A stretch of 64,000 nucleotides of DNA from Candidatus Obscuribacterales bacterium (GCA_965228855.1 CBDDIJ010000002.1:2144001-2208000); one strand, 5' to 3'; shown: positions 39,216 through 50,843, counted from the first letter of the stretch. Numbers and translations: made by a program. The notes: generated by a model from the letters alone, not told the origin.

Positions 39216-39791
39216 ATGTTTACGCTTGAAACAGAACGCCTGATCCTTCGAGACTGGAAACGCGCCGACTGGAAGGAAGTCCAGGCGTATGCCACCGACC
39301 CGGAAGTCTACAAGCACATGATCTGGGGACCCAATTCAGAGGCTCAAACCAAAGAGTTTATCGAAACGGCGATCGATATTTCGTATGTAAAACCCCGCCG
39401 GGGTTATGAGCTTGCCATTGTTTGGAAAGAAACAGACTCAATCATCGGCGGTTTCGGGTTGCAAGTCATGGGCAAAGAAAACGCTAATGCGATGATTGGT
39501 TATGTTCTTCATCGAGAATACTGGGGAAGAGGCGTGGTCACCGAGGCGGCTAAGGGAATGATGGTTTTCGGTTTCACCAGGTTGAACCTTCATCGAATGT
39601 ACGCTACTTGCGATACCGAGAATGTCGGATCTTACCGGGTGATGGAGAAAATTGGTATGCGCCGAGAGGGGCACTTCAAGCAAGATACGTTTATCAAAGG
39701 ACGCTGGCGAGATACCTATTTGTACGCCATCCTCGAGAAAGAGTGGCGCGTCCTCCGCGATGAAGCTGGCACCAGTGGCGGTGTCGATTAG
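39216..39791 (+). CDS. RimJ/RimL-type GNAT N-acetyltransferase
   Basis: LETERLILR, YWGRGVVTEA, N.GSYRVMEKIGM. Confidence 0.9.
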   Translation: MFTLETERLILRDWKRADWKEVQAYATDPEVYKHMIWGPNSEAQTKEFIETAIDISYVKPRRGYELAIVWKETDSIIGGFGLQVMGKENANAMIGYVLHREYWGRGVVTEAAKGMMVFGFTRLNLHRMYATCDTENVGSYRVMEKIGMRREGHFKQDTFIKGRWRDTYLYAILEKEWRVLRDEAGTSGGVD

Positions 39792-40360
39792 CTGGCTATG
39801 GACAGAATCGTGTTTTCGTCAATATGCGGATCGAATGGATCAAAATTACTTGGATTGAACGATGCACTGTAATCGTCGTCAACCGGTGACGTTTGAGCCG
39901 GTGCTGCAGCAAAGATCATCTGAGCAATCGTGTCCATCTCATTGAAGGTTTCATCATCAAGCGACGAAGCGAGGACTTGCTGCAAGGGCAGCTCTGTGGT
40001 GACATTCCGAGGTAAGGTCAGGTTTTCCAGATCTGCTGAAATCGTCAATTCATCAAGCATCAGTGGATCTGAGTTACTCCGCGTTTCGATGTAGAACAGC
40101 GGCGCTCCTGCTAATTTGCTTTCCGCGCTATCGCCGACAAGCTCGAAATCAGCTTTTCCGCAGTTTCCGCAAGCGCAGGTTTCCGCAGCATCAGCCGGAG
40201 TAGATGCGTCTATCAAAATGACGTCTTCAATCAAGCCCTCGACGGCGTTTTTCACCATGCGAGAATAGACATCGGTATTAGTAGATTGAAAAGCCGGAGT
40301 GCTAGGCTGTGTGACCGGCTGAACAGGTGTTGACATAAGGGGCTCGCTTTCGATATTCAC
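39788..40360 (-). CDS. Acidic hypothetical protein
   Basis: 190 aa ORF containing CxCxxC. Confidence 0.55.
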   Translation of the reverse strand: MNIESEPLMSTPVQPVTQPSTPAFQSTNTDVYSRMVKNAVEGLIEDVILIDASTPADAAETCACGNCGKADFELVGDSAESKLAGAPLFYIETRSNSDPLMLDELTISADLENLTLPRNVTTELPLQQVLASSLDDETFNEMDTIAQMIFAAAPAQTSPVDDDYSASFNPSNFDPFDPHIDENTILSIAS

Positions 40361-40485
40361 TACAGCCTAAAGTCGATTTGTGAACATTTGGTTTCCAAAT
40401 TCGCATTTGTGGTGTCAAACCTGACTGCGCTGCAAATTTAACCCGGTAAACTATTGATATTGAGGCTTGAGGTGGCGGCGAAAGA

Positions 40486-41250
40486 ATGCGCGAAAAATCC
40501 GATATGCAGACAATCGCTGGTCGAGTTGCAAAGTTTCTATCTAAGGCTGAGCGCGTTACCTTTCTGACCGGCGCAGGGGTTTCCAAAGAAAGTGGAATTC
40601 CGACCTTTCGCGATGCACAAACCGGAATGTGGGCCAATTACAATCCGCAGGAGTTAGCGACTCCGGAGGGCTTTCTGAACGACCCGAAATTGGTCTGGCA
40701 GTGGTACGACTATCGACGCAAACTGCTTGGTGATGCCGAACCCAATCCGGGGCACAGAGCCATTGTCGAGTTGGAAAGCCTTGTGCCCAAGGTCACGGTA
40801 GTAACACAGAACATCGACGGGCTACATCAGAAGGCGGGATCTTCGGATGTAGTTGAGCTTCACGGTAGCATCAAGAAATTTTATTGCTTCGATGGCGGGC
40901 ATGATGCCCATGATGTCCCATTTGATCTCGAGGAGCCGCCGCTGTGCACATGCGGTTCCATGATCAGACCGGGCGTTGTATGGTTTGGTGAGGCGCTGCC
41001 ACCACATGCGATGTCTCGCGGTTTGAAGGAATGCGCGGAGAGCGAAGTGGTTTTTGTTGCTGGGACGTCCGCACTGGTGCAGCCCGCGGCCTCGCTGCCC
41101 TACGCAGCTCATCGCCGGGGGGCGAAACTCATAGAGGTCAATCCTGACGAAACGCCTATTACTGATATCGTCGATGTGTTTATGCAGGGACCGTCCGGTC
41201 AGGTGCTACCAATGGTAGTGGCGGCGCTGAAAGAGCTTAAGGGCGTGTAA
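40486..41250 (+). CDS. cobB: NAD-dependent protein deacylase (sirtuin)
   Basis: TGAGVSKESGIPTFR, TQNIDGLH, HGS, RPGVVWFGE, GTS, VNP. Confidence 0.93.
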   Translation: MREKSDMQTIAGRVAKFLSKAERVTFLTGAGVSKESGIPTFRDAQTGMWANYNPQELATPEGFLNDPKLVWQWYDYRRKLLGDAEPNPGHRAIVELESLVPKVTVVTQNIDGLHQKAGSSDVVELHGSIKKFYCFDGGHDAHDVPFDLEEPPLCTCGSMIRPGVVWFGEALPPHAMSRGLKECAESEVVFVAGTSALVQPAASLPYAAHRRGAKLIEVNPDETPITDIVDVFMQGPSGQVLPMVVAALKELKGV

Positions 41251-41522
41251 TCTTGTTGGTCTGCTTCGGATAATGGTTGCGGGCGTCGGACACACTAGGC
41301 GGTATATCTGATCGATCTACAAGTCGCCTGTGAAGACGCTCTCAGTTTTCTTCCCGTGAAACGATCGTCAAAGACTGCTAGACCCGAATTTTTGGAGAGG
41401 CATATCTTTGTTGCATATGTTTTTGTTGTCTACTTGTTGCCTGATTGGGGCAATTGCAAACAGTCGCATTCGAATGTAAAGTCTCAGCAACACAAATTTC
41501 ACAAGGAGCAATTACTCACCTT

Positions 41523-41655
41523 CGCGCTTAATCAACGCAAGGGATTGACGCTACATATGGTGTCAATCTGGTGGGGGAAGTGTGGTGAAAGTCCACCGCT
41601 GTACCGCAACTGTAACCAGTGAATTGCTGGAAGCCAGGCTACCCACATAAGCGCA
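41523..41655 (+). ncRNA. Cobalamin (B12) riboswitch upstream of nrdAB
   Basis: GGGAAG..GGTGAAAGTCC..CTG..CCGCAACTGTAA..AAGCCAG..ACC core; flanking stem gcgctta/taagcgc. Confidence 0.88.
41548..41563. promoter_or_regulatory. Candidate NrdR box (ACGCTACATATGGTGT)
   Basis: Resembles the consensus acaCwAtATaTwGtgt and lies upstream of nrdA. Confidence 0.5.
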
Positions 41656-41725
41656 TAGGACGCAACCTCTTCGAGTAAAGGAGGACCGTCTCGTCAGCAA
41701 AGAACTGAGCTTTGTTGTCTAGCTG

Positions 41726-41755
41726 TCCTCTTGGTCTCGACCAGGAGGCTTTTTT
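41726..41755 (+). terminator. Riboswitch expression-platform terminator
   Basis: cctcttggt-ctcg-accaggagg followed by a T run, before the nrdA RBS. Confidence 0.7.
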
Positions 41756-41790
41756 GTCTCCAAAAATAAAGCAAAGATCCCGGAGGACCC

Positions 41791-44640
41791 ATGAGTCAAC
41801 TCACCCAAGATGCATCCGTTATAGCCCATCTCCAGCAGTCTTTCGAAGGCGCGACAACGGATGGTCGTTTTCTCAAGTACAAAGTACTGCGTCGAGAGGG
41901 CGTTATCGCCGACTTCCAACCACATAAGGTTTCGGTCGCTATGACGAAAGCGTTCCTCGCCGTTGAAGGAAATCATGGTGATGAAAGCTCGAAGATTAGA
42001 GACCTCGTGCGTAAGTTGACGGAGCAGGTTGTCGAAACTTTGCTTCACCGTCTCCCGGACGGTGGTGTTTTTCATATCGAACATATTCAGGATCAAGTTG
42101 AACTCGCGCTGATGCGCGCGGGCGAACATGAAGTGGCGAGAAGTTATGTTCTATATAGAAGTGAGCGCGCTCGCCAACGCTCTCAGGAGACCGCTACGCC
42201 GGCAGTGTCTGCCAAAGGCGCGCTCTCAGTGACATTGACTGATGGAACGACGAAGGCGCTCGATAGAGAGGAGCTACTGAACGTTGTGCGTTTGGCAGCT
42301 TCTGGTCTCGATGCAGCGGTTTCACCCGAGAAAATTTTGAACTCAGCCATCGAGGGTCTCTACGACGGCGTCAAAGAAGGCGACGTCTGGAAATCGCTGG
42401 TTTATAGTTCAAGAGCTTTGATCGAACAGGAACCGGACTACACGTTCGTGACCGCTCGCCTTTTGTTGCATGATATCCGTCGTGAGGTTCTTGGTGAGGA
42501 AGTTCGTCAAGACGAAATGTCTACACGTTATGCGGAGTACTTTAAGAGCTATATCAAAACCGGCATCAATGCTGGTTTGCTGGATGAGAAACTGGCGGAG
42601 TACGATCTCGAAAAAATCGGTGCTGCGTTGAACGCAGACCGCGACTTGAAATTCCAATATCTTGGATTGCAGACTCTCTACGATCGTTACTTATTGCACT
42701 CCGACGGTGTGCGCTTCGAGCTTCCGCAGGCATTCTGGATGCGAGTCGCCATGGGGCTGGCGCTGCAGGAAGTTGACAGAGAAACTCGCGCGATCGAGTT
42801 CTACAACTTGCTTTCCTCGTTCAACTTTGTGTCATCAACGCCCACCTTGTTCAATTCGGGAACGCGCCGTTCGCAACTCTCATCTTGCTTCCTCACCACC
42901 GTTGGTGATGATTTGAACGACATCTATGATTCGATTCGCGAAAATGCTTTGCTGTCGAAATACAGTGGCGGTCTGGGAAATGACTGGACACCAGTGCGCG
43001 CTCTTGGCGCTCACATCAAGGGAACGAACGGCAAGAGTCAAGGTGTAGTTCCCTTCCTGAAAGTCGTAAACGATACAGCCGTAGCCGTAAACCAGGGCGG
43101 AAAGCGCAAAGGCGCAGTGTGCTGTTATTTGGAAACCTGGCACCTGGATATCGAAGAGTTTCTCGAGTTGAGAAAAAACACCGGCGACGATCGCCGCAGA
43201 ACTCACGATATGAACACTGCCAATTGGATACCCGACCTGTTTATGCATCGCGTAATGACCGATGGGCAGTGGACTTTGTTCAGTCCGGACGAGACGCCTG
43301 ACTTGCATGATACATACGGTGCCGAGTTCAAAGAGGCTTATGAACGTTATGAAGCGCTTGCCGATGCCGGCAAACTGAAGATCTTCAAGCGCACATCAGC
43401 TGTTTCCCTCTGGCGCAAGATGCTTACAATGCTTTTTGAAACCGGTCATCCCTGGATAACATTCAAAGACGCGTGTAACCTGAGAAGTCCGCAACAACAC
43501 GCAGGTGTTGTTCACAGCTCAAACCTTTGCACCGAGATCACTTTGAACACGTCGTCCACCGAAACGGCTGTTTGTAACCTCGGCTCGGTCAACCTTGTCG
43601 AGCACTTCAAAAATGGAGTTCTCGACCTGGAGAAGTTAGAGCGTACCTGCAAAATTGCAATGCGAATGCTCGATAACGTTATCGACATCAACTATTACAG
43701 TGTTCCGAAAGCGAGAAATGCCAACCTTCGCCACCGCCCGGTCGGTCTGGGCTTGATGGGCTTCCAGGATGTTTTGCTTTCGCTTGGAATTCCGTACTCG
43801 TCGAAGGAGGCCGTCGAGCTTGCCGATTCGACTCAGGAAGCGATCAGCTACTATGCGATTCTTGCAAGCAGTCAACTCGCCGGCGAACGTGGTGCCTATG
43901 CCTCTTATCCGGGCTCGCTCTGGTCGAAGGGCATCCTGCCTATCGACAGTCTCGATATTCTTTCGAATACTCGCCGCGACACACTCGGAGTTGCTGTAGA
44001 TGTGGATCGTTCATCCAAACTCGACTGGCAGCCGGTTAGAGACAGCATCGCCAAGCACGGCATGCGTAATAGTAACTGTCTCGCCATCGCACCGACTGCC
44101 ACTATCGCCAACATCGCTGGTGTCAGTCCATCAATCGAGCCTACGTTCCAAAACCTCTATGTGAAGTCCAATCTTTCAGGCGAATTCACGGTACTGAATG
44201 CGTACCTGGTGGCTGATTTGAAAGCTCGTGGTTTGTGGGATGAAGTCATGATTCACGACCTCAAATATTTCGACGGAAGCGTCATGCCAATCGATAGAAT
44301 CCCGCAAGAAGTTAAGGCTGTTTATGCGACGGCATTCGAAATCGACCCGCGCTGGCTGGTCGAGTGCGGGTCGCGCAGGCAGAAGTGGCTTGACCAATCA
44401 CAGAGTTTGAACCTCTACATGAGTGAGCCTGGCGGCAAAAAGCTGGACGACCTTTATAAGATGGCTTGGCAGAAAGGCTTGAAGACGACCTATTACTTGC
44501 GCACGCTGAGCGCGACCTACGCAGAGAAATCGACTGTGCACACCGGCGCACTGAATGCGGTGCCGCAGGCTTCATCCAGTATGGTCGTAATGGGCGCGGT
44601 TTGCGATCCAAACGACAAAGAATGCGAAGCCTGTCAATAA
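41791..44640 (+). CDS. nrdA: Class Ia ribonucleotide reductase alpha subunit with duplicated ATP-cone region
   Basis: [47 protein letters not shown]-terminal CEACQ. Confidence 0.96.
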   Translation: MSQLTQDASVIAHLQQSFEGATTDGRFLKYKVLRREGVIADFQPHKVSVAMTKAFLAVEGNHGDESSKIRDLVRKLTEQVVETLLHRLPDGGVFHIEHIQDQVELALMRAGEHEVARSYVLYRSERARQRSQETATPAVSAKGALSVTLTDGTTKALDREELLNVVRLAASGLDAAVSPEKILNSAIEGLYDGVKEGDVWKSLVYSSRALIEQEPDYTFVTARLLLHDIRREVLGEEVRQDEMSTRYAEYFKSYIKTGINAGLLDEKLAEYDLEKIGAALNADRDLKFQYLGLQTLYDRYLLHSDGVRFELPQAFWMRVAMGLALQEVDRETRAIEFYNLLSSFNFVSSTPTLFNSGTRRSQLSSCFLTTVGDDLNDIYDSIRENALLSKYSGGLGNDWTPVRALGAHIKGTNGKSQGVVPFLKVVNDTAVAVNQGGKRKGAVCCYLETWHLDIEEFLELRKNTGDDRRRTHDMNTANWIPDLFMHRVMTDGQWTLFSPDETPDLHDTYGAEFKEAYERYEALADAGKLKIFKRTSAVSLWRKMLTMLFETGHPWITFKDACNLRSPQQHAGVVHSSNLCTEITLNTSSTETAVCNLGSVNLVEHFKNGVLDLEKLERTCKIAMRMLDNVIDINYYSVPKARNANLRHRPVGLGLMGFQDVLLSLGIPYSSKEAVELADSTQEAISYYAILASSQLAGERGAYASYPGSLWSKGILPIDSLDILSNTRRDTLGVAVDVDRSSKLDWQPVRDSIAKHGMRNSNCLAIAPTATIANIAGVSPSIEPTFQNLYVKSNLSGEFTVLNAYLVADLKARGLWDEVMIHDLKYFDGSVMPIDRIPQEVKAVYATAFEIDPRWLVECGSRRQKWLDQSQSLNLYMSEPGGKKLDDLYKMAWQKGLKTTYYLRTLSATYAEKSTVHTGALNAVPQASSSMVVMGAVCDPNDKECEACQ

Positions 44641-44668
44641 CATTAGATTGGAAACTGGAGAAATAACT

Positions 44669-46000
44669 ATGTTGAGTTTTGATGATTATGCTGCTGGCTC
44701 TGCCACTGAAGGTGGTGCTGCCAAGAAAGAGGGAAGTGTATTAGATTTCACTCCGGCGACGCAGCCCAGTGTACCGCACAGCATCTCGATGGCTCCCAGC
44801 CTGCCGGCTAATTCTCAGCCTCCGCAGACTACGGCTTCAACTGCCGCGCTTCCAAACGCAGCTGCAACTCAAAACGTGCCACCAGCGAGCGCGCAACGAG
44901 TACCCACGAGCGGTCAGCCACAGCTGGCTGGAAACGGTTCCGGTCCTGGCGTTACCGGCGTCGAGAAGATTGCTTTCAACAGCGGACGGATCAACGTTGA
45001 CGACAAACGCATCATCAACTGCCGCGCTGATTTAAACCAGCTTGTTCCATTCAAATACGAATGGGCCTGGCAGAAATACCTGGATGGATGCGCGAATCAC
45101 TGGATGCCACAAGAGATTTCAATGAGCCGCGATATAGCGCTCTGGAAAGATCCAAACGGTTTAACTGACGACGAGCGCATGATCATCAAGCGCAATCTCG
45201 GTTTCTTCTCAACAGCCGATTCACTGGTGGCAAACAATCTGGTACTGGCGATCTACCGCCACATCACAAATCCTGAATGCCGCCAGTACTTGCTGCGCCA
45301 GGCGTTCGAAGAAGCTGTTCATACCCACGCGTATCAGTACGTCGTTGAAAGTCTCGGGTTAGACGAAGGCGAGATCTTCAATATGTACCGAGAGGTGCCG
45401 AGCATCCATGCCAAAGATGTGTTCGAACTTCAATTTACGCAGGAGCTCAGCAACCCTGATTTCGTGACAGGAACCGAAGCGACGGATCGCCGATTCTTGC
45501 GAAATTTAATCGGCTATTACATCATCATGGAAGGATTGTTCTTCTATGTCGGTTTCGTGCAGATGTTGTCGTTTGGTCGCCAGAATAAAATGACCGGCGC
45601 ATCCGAGCAGTTCCAATACATCATGCGCGATGAGTCGATGCATTTGAACTTTGGAGTTGATTTGATTAACCAGATCAAGATCGAAAATCCGCATCTCTGG
45701 ACTGCGGAGTTCGAGAAGGAGATCATCGAACTCGTTGATCAAGGTGTGCAACTCGAGTATCAATACGCAATGGACACCATGCCGCGCGGCGTGCTCGGTT
45801 TGAACGTGGAAATGTTCAGCGAATACTTGAGATTTATCGCGAATCGTCGGCTACGTCAGATTGGTATTCCGGAACAGTATCCGGGAGCCAAGAATCCGTT
45901 CCCTTGGATGAGTGAGATGATCGATTTGAAGAAGGAGAAAAACTTCTTCGAGACTCGAGTTATCGATTATCAAACCGGCGGTGCTCTCGCCTGGGATTAG
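44669..46000 (+). CDS. nrdB: Class Ia ribonucleotide reductase beta subunit with P/A/S/Q-rich N-terminal extension
   Basis: [16 protein letters not shown] (radical Tyr), MEGLFF, RDESMH, NFFETRV. Confidence 0.96.
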   Translation: MLSFDDYAAGSATEGGAAKKEGSVLDFTPATQPSVPHSISMAPSLPANSQPPQTTASTAALPNAAATQNVPPASAQRVPTSGQPQLAGNGSGPGVTGVEKIAFNSGRINVDDKRIINCRADLNQLVPFKYEWAWQKYLDGCANHWMPQEISMSRDIALWKDPNGLTDDERMIIKRNLGFFSTADSLVANNLVLAIYRHITNPECRQYLLRQAFEEAVHTHAYQYVVESLGLDEGEIFNMYREVPSIHAKDVFELQFTQELSNPDFVTGTEATDRRFLRNLIGYYIIMEGLFFYVGFVQMLSFGRQNKMTGASEQFQYIMRDESMHLNFGVDLINQIKIENPHLWTAEFEKEIIELVDQGVQLEYQYAMDTMPRGVLGLNVEMFSEYLRFIANRRLRQIGIPEQYPGAKNPFPWMSEMIDLKKEKNFFETRVIDYQTGGALAWD

Positions 46001-46955
46001 TCAGCGCCGTCGCGTCCGAAAAACTTCAAGAGCTAGCGCCTTTATCGTTTTTGACATAAGATCGAGTCAACTGATAACGGCGCTAGATCTATTCATCGTG
46101 TCAAAAAACATATTGATAGCAACGAGTGCAATCGCCATGGCGATTCAAATGCTGTGCGTCTGCGGAGTCGAAGCCAAGACCGGTGCTCTTGCAAACAATA
46201 AAGTGAGGGTCTGGAGATTCGAGCAGCGTAATCAAATTGGTAAGGCGATTGTGTTAGTCGGCGAAAACGGAATCAAAGTAACAAATCCGCATCAGAATGT
46301 AATCTGGATTTGTACCGCGCCAAAGTGGGACGTGACTATCGTCAACTACAAGTTGAATATTGGAAAGTCTGTACCACTATCTCAATGGGAGTCGCGAGGA
46401 AGCCGTTTTGAAAGCAGCCAGGCCGCCGATCCTGTTTCGCGCGAGACGATTATGTTTCAAGGAAAGCCCTGCAACAAACTCAGGTTTGAAATTTTGTCCT
46501 CAGATCCTGTGAAAGAGCGTATCGAAATGATTTATCAAACCGGCTCGCAACGAGCCAGTTCGTTCAATGCGGCTGAGGTGATTTGTAGCAATTGGTTCAA
46601 AATCAAACCTGAGATCTGTGCTTTTTTGACGGGTCTGTACAGCATTAAGCAGGTTAGTGGTGTGCTGATGAGTCAAACCTACATTTATCCAGGCAAGAGA
46701 ACTCACGTGGTCGTTTCCACTGATTCATTCAAGCAGGTTGAGGTGGACAAATCCGAGTTCAAGATCCCCACCGGATTCAAATTCGCGCATATGCATGAGA
46801 TTATGCAAGAAGAGAAGAAAGCTCTGCAGATGTCCGGCGTGATTGAGGATTTATTTTACGACGCTGCTGCGAAGAAACAGCCGGTGAGCACGAAGGCTCC
46901 AGCGAAGGGGAAAACGGAAAATAATTCGCCGGTAAAAAGTTCCCGCCAGAAATAG
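45981..46955 (+). CDS. Exported hypothetical protein (DUF4412-like); true start probably ~46098
   Basis: Paralog of 21262-22242; FKIPTGF C-terminal motif. Confidence 0.6.
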   Translation: MLSPGISQRRRVRKTSRASAFIVFDIRSSQLITALDLFIVSKNILIATSAIAMAIQMLCVCGVEAKTGALANNKVRVWRFEQRNQIGKAIVLVGENGIKVTNPHQNVIWICTAPKWDVTIVNYKLNIGKSVPLSQWESRGSRFESSQAADPVSRETIMFQGKPCNKLRFEILSSDPVKERIEMIYQTGSQRASSFNAAEVICSNWFKIKPEICAFLTGLYSIKQVSGVLMSQTYIYPGKRTHVVVSTDSFKQVEVDKSEFKIPTGFKFAHMHEIMQEEKKALQMSGVIEDLFYDAAAKKQPVSTKAPAKGKTENNSPVKSSRQK

Positions 46956-46967
46956 TTTTACAATCGC

Positions 46968-48494
46968 CTAGTTTGCGGCTCCCGCTTTTGTCTTTTGTTT
47001 CGCTTCACTACACATGTCGCCCCGTCCCGCTTGTGCAAAAGCTCCTTTGAGTGCGCGTTTCCAACCGCCGTAATCTTCCGTTCGGTCTGTCGAAGGTTTC
47101 AACTGCGCGTCGCTTTTCCAGGAGTTGTTCAGTTCCGCAAGATCTTTTATCAATCCTGATTTTAGACCTGCAAGAGCCGCGACACCCCACGCCGTTGACT
47201 CGACCTGAGAGGCGCGGAGGACCGGAATGCCGAGAACATCAGCCTGGAACTGAATCATGAAATTGTTTCTGGTCGCGCCGCCGTCAACACGAAGTTCGGA
47301 AACATGAACTCCGTTTTCCTTCATGTTGTTGGTGACATCGGCAACCTGGTACGCCATCGCTTCGAGGGCCGCTCTCACAAAGTGTTCGCGCTTTGTGCCC
47401 CGAGTGACACCGACTATGGTGCCGCGCACATCCGAGTCCCACCATGGCGAACCTAATCCTACGAGCGCAGGGACGAAGTAAACACCTTCGTTTGATTCTA
47501 TTGAACTGGCAAGCTTTTCTGTTTCATCACTGGAATCGATTATGCCAAGCCCATCCCGAAGCCATTGCACCGCTGCGCCCGTCACGAATATCGCGCCTTC
47601 AAAAGCGTAGATCGGTTTCTCTCCATCGAGCTGCCAGCCGACTGTCGTGAGAAGTCCGTCAAGAAGCTGCATTTCAGCTCCGATGTTCGCTAAAAGAAAG
47701 CTGCCTGTGCCATATGTACACTTCATCATGCCTTTGTCAAAGCACGACTGACCGAACAATGCAGCCTGTTGATCGCCAAGATTTGCCAAGATTGGCGCTT
47801 CGAAACCAACTATGGTTTTGTCGGTTACTCCAAAGTTTGCATTCGATGCCACCACGCGCGGCATCATACCCTCCGGCACATTCAATTTCTGCAGCAGTTG
47901 CTTGTCCCACTGCATGTCTCTGATATTGAAAAGCATCGTGCGGCTGGCGTTGGAAGGTTCTGTAAAGTGATTGCGTTCTTTCGTAAGTTTGCGAATTAAC
48001 CAGCTATCTATTGTCCCAAACTGAAGATCGCCTGCTGAAGCCTTTTCGCGCGCACCAGTCACGTTATCTAAAATCCAGGCGATCTTCGGTCCGGAGAAAT
48101 ACGCATCTGGAACCAGACCGGTTTTTTCACGGAACGACTCATCTGAACGCAGCTTCATCGCGGCATCTTGTGTTCTGCGGCATTGCCAGACGATAGCGTT
48201 ATGAATGGGCTTGTCACCGGATTTGGTGTCCCAGACGACCGTCGTTTCTCGCTGGTTCGTGACGCCACAAGCAGCTATCTCATCAACTTTGATACCTGCT
48301 GTTTTCACCGCTTCCTTGATGCAGTCGACCTGTGTTTCGAAGATCTCCTGAGCGTCATGTTCAACCCAGCCTGGTTTGGGGTAGTGCTGTGCAAATTCCT
48401 TTTGTCCCAAACCGAGTGCGGTGCCATCTTTGTCGAAGACGAAACAACGACAACTGGTGGTGCCCTGGTCGATGCTAACGATGTATTTAGTCAT
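46968..48494 (-). CDS. glpK: Glycerol kinase
   Basis: IDQGTTS, GWVEHDA, TNQRET, WQCRRT, SNASRT, GDQQAAL, KCTYGTG, VDGG. Confidence 0.96.
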   Translation of the reverse strand: MTKYIVSIDQGTTSCRCFVFDKDGTALGLGQKEFAQHYPKPGWVEHDAQEIFETQVDCIKEAVKTAGIKVDEIAACGVTNQRETTVVWDTKSGDKPIHNAIVWQCRRTQDAAMKLRSDESFREKTGLVPDAYFSGPKIAWILDNVTGAREKASAGDLQFGTIDSWLIRKLTKERNHFTEPSNASRTMLFNIRDMQWDKQLLQKLNVPEGMMPRVVASNANFGVTDKTIVGFEAPILANLGDQQAALFGQSCFDKGMMKCTYGTGSFLLANIGAEMQLLDGLLTTVGWQLDGEKPIYAFEGAIFVTGAAVQWLRDGLGIIDSSDETEKLASSIESNEGVYFVPALVGLGSPWWDSDVRGTIVGVTRGTKREHFVRAALEAMAYQVADVTNNMKENGVHVSELRVDGGATRNNFMIQFQADVLGIPVLRASQVESTAWGVAALAGLKSGLIKDLAELNNSWKSDAQLKPSTDRTEDYGGWKRALKGAFAQAGRGDMCSEAKQKTKAGAAN

Positions 48495-48557
48495 GCAAGC
48501 TTCCTTCGCGCTACTTGGCTACGTCGCGGTTTCCGAAGCTTAAGATCATACACGTTA

Positions 48558-50498
48558 CTAACGTGCGTGGAAGAAGGTGATCATCCGTTGAATTGCTGGA
48601 CCCAATGCTGATTGGTGGTTTACGCCTGGAAGTTCTTCCACCAGGACCGGGAATTTCTTGCTGTCCTTAGACATCTTGTTGGCTTGTTCGAGGAAGAACT
48701 TGTGTCCAGCATCCTTTTCGCCATACAGCAGAAGCATTGGGCACTTGAGATCGTCAACAAACTGTTGAGGCGACCTCATCAAGCGCTCTTCAGCGTCGCG
48801 TTGATCGAACGATGCGTGCTCGTATGCTTCGCCCGCCTCGAACATATCCGGCCGTCCGCCGCAACCAGCCGCTTTGCGCAGATGCGGAGACAACTCCGCG
48901 GCTAACATCACGGTAGTCGCACCGACACCGTGACCCGCTGCAAAGATGCTGCCCTTGTCGATTTTCTTGCGCGTCGCCATGTAGTCGATCGCTGCAACCA
49001 GGTCATCGACTTCGCCGTAGCACATCTCAAAGTCGCCCGGGTTGCCGTTCTCACCGCGCCAGGACGGAATTAGAACTGCGAACCCATGACTTACGAATGG
49101 GACTGCATTTGTGTAATCGGCGCGTGACAGCGCAAACCCATCATGCGCGAAAACCACTGCAGGAAAGGGAGGTTCTCGATCTGGCAGTACCAACCAGGCC
49201 ATCAGTTTCTTGTTGCCGGACTCATAGTAGACTACTTTCACCTGGTCCGGAGCGGTGTTATCGAATTCCTGAGGCGCCTCGGCGCGCTTGCTCAGGTTTG
49301 TTTCAAAATCTTTTCGTGTCTCTTCGAAAGTCTTGGGCGGCCGAACCGTTTGTTTCTGGCTCAGCAGAAAATATACGCCAGTGCCTAAGCCCGCCAGCAG
49401 TATGACAGCCGCTATTCCGATCAATACCGTTTTGATCGTCTTGGGATTTGGCTGCGCCCCTTCGCTGACCATTCCACCGCGCGCAGCTCCCCGTCTCGGT
49501 CTTCGTGGTGACTGACCGTCTTCTGATTCTGAAGATTCACCGGTATCCTGGTCGTCAAATTGACCTTCACCGCCGGATGCTGCATCGCCGTCACCGAAAG
49601 AACCGTCATAGTTGTTTTGATAACCTGCGTTTTGATCGGACTCATCTGAATATCCTGAATTTCCAGACTGAGCTTGCCCTAGCGGCTGAAACTCATCATG
49701 CCGTTGAACGCCAGACGCGTTTTCAAACCCACCCGAAGCATCGTGTGGTTGGAAGCCGCCGGACTGTTGCGGTACCCCGCTGCCGCCGAAACCCCCAGGC
49801 GCACCGGTTTGCGGATAGCCTCCAGAGGAGCCTTGTTGATAACTGCCCGGAGCCGCGGATTGTTGATAGCCCCCGGGAGCTTCGTGCTGCTGATGAGCAG
49901 CGGAGTTCGGCATCGGCGGGGCGCCTCTGTCCTGATAGGCACCTGGCATCGGAGGCGGACCCCCTCTCCCGGGAGGGGCTCCTCCTGGATAGCCAGGCGC
50001 CGGAGGTGGAGCCGCGCCAGGCGACGGAGGTGTCGGCTGACCATAACCGCCTGGAGCGGCTGGCCGGTCCAGATCTCCTAAATCGAATTCACTGTCCTGG
50101 TCCCAACTATCGGCTGATGTCGCCGAAGCTGGAGCCGGTGCCGCTGCAACATCGATCTCGATACTCCAGTCGCCATCAGGCTGTTTCGTAAGGGTAAAGG
50201 TCAGCCCGGGAAATATCGAATTATGCTCAAACCAGATGTCGGCAAGTTGGCGAGCCGCAGAGCGAAGCTGCTCACCGACGTCTAGAAAGCCTATGTTCGG
50301 CGCGTACTCGATCGTGCAATTCACGTTTTGCCTGGTACCGGATATGGTGCATCTTCCGGCTTGCGCGATCGGGGGTGCTCCTGAAATCACGACTGATGCG
50401 AGATGGCGCATCGCCGCTCCCCATCTTGGATCATTGCCTAGTGATTCGGTACCGCTCAATTTGCCCCTCGAATTGTCTAAGTTGAGTTTCAGCGTCAA
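48558..50498 (-). CDS. Membrane-anchored alpha/beta-hydrolase-fold protein with Gly/Pro/Gln-rich cytoplasmic linker
   Basis: TM helix followed by an S9-like fold (VVFAHDG, PSWRGENG, GHGVG, YGEKD, PGVNH). Confidence 0.75.
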   Translation of the reverse strand: MTLKLNLDNSRGKLSGTESLGNDPRWGAAMRHLASVVISGAPPIAQAGRCTISGTRQNVNCTIEYAPNIGFLDVGEQLRSAARQLADIWFEHNSIFPGLTFTLTKQPDGDWSIEIDVAAAPAPASATSADSWDQDSEFDLGDLDRPAAPGGYGQPTPPSPGAAPPPAPGYPGGAPPGRGGPPPMPGAYQDRGAPPMPNSAAHQQHEAPGGYQQSAAPGSYQQGSSGGYPQTGAPGGFGGSGVPQQSGGFQPHDASGGFENASGVQRHDEFQPLGQAQSGNSGYSDESDQNAGYQNNYDGSFGDGDAASGGEGQFDDQDTGESSESEDGQSPRRPRRGAARGGMVSEGAQPNPKTIKTVLIGIAAVILLAGLGTGVYFLLSQKQTVRPPKTFEETRKDFETNLSKRAEAPQEFDNTAPDQVKVVYYESGNKKLMAWLVLPDREPPFPAVVFAHDGFALSRADYTNAVPFVSHGFAVLIPSWRGENGNPGDFEMCYGEVDDLVAAIDYMATRKKIDKGSIFAAGHGVGATTVMLAAELSPHLRKAAGCGGRPDMFEAGEAYEHASFDQRDAEERLMRSPQQFVDDLKCPMLLLYGEKDAGHKFFLEQANKMSKDSKKFPVLVEELPGVNHQSALGPAIQRMITFFHAR

Positions 50499-50615
50499 TC
50501 GAAAAACTCTATCTTATAACAATAGATCCACTCCAAAATCCGGTCAAATTTCACCACTCGTGACAACTTCGGCTATGATAAAAGTGGCGCAGATTCGTTT
50601 AAGGTGGTGATAACA

Positions 50616-50843
50616 ATGTCTATAACCTCTGACGATCCGATAAAGGGCACCTGTTGCGTTTGCGGAAAACCGGTTAATGCGCTTTTGGGCGCGATTCCGC
50701 CAGTGCCAGGTTCTAAATCAGCCAGCTGTTCGAAGTGCGGGGCAGCTACGTGTCCAGAGCATCATAAGCAGCACGAGAAGTCCTGCGGAAAAATCGAGTC
50801 GGTCATCAAGGATTGGTGCAAGACTCCGCCGCTGCTGCCTTAG
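50616..50843 (+). CDS. Small zinc-finger protein
   Basis: CCVC...CSKC....CPEH......C. Confidence 0.6.
   Translation: MSITSDDPIKGTCCVCGKPVNALLGAIPPVPGSKSASCSKCGAATCPEHHKQHEKSCGKIESVIKDWCKTPPLLP

Noticed and set aside
44669..46000. Class Ic (Mn/Fe, Chlamydia-type) NrdB
   Set aside because: The radical Tyr (HTHAY) and Asp ligand (TADS) are present, which indicates class Ia
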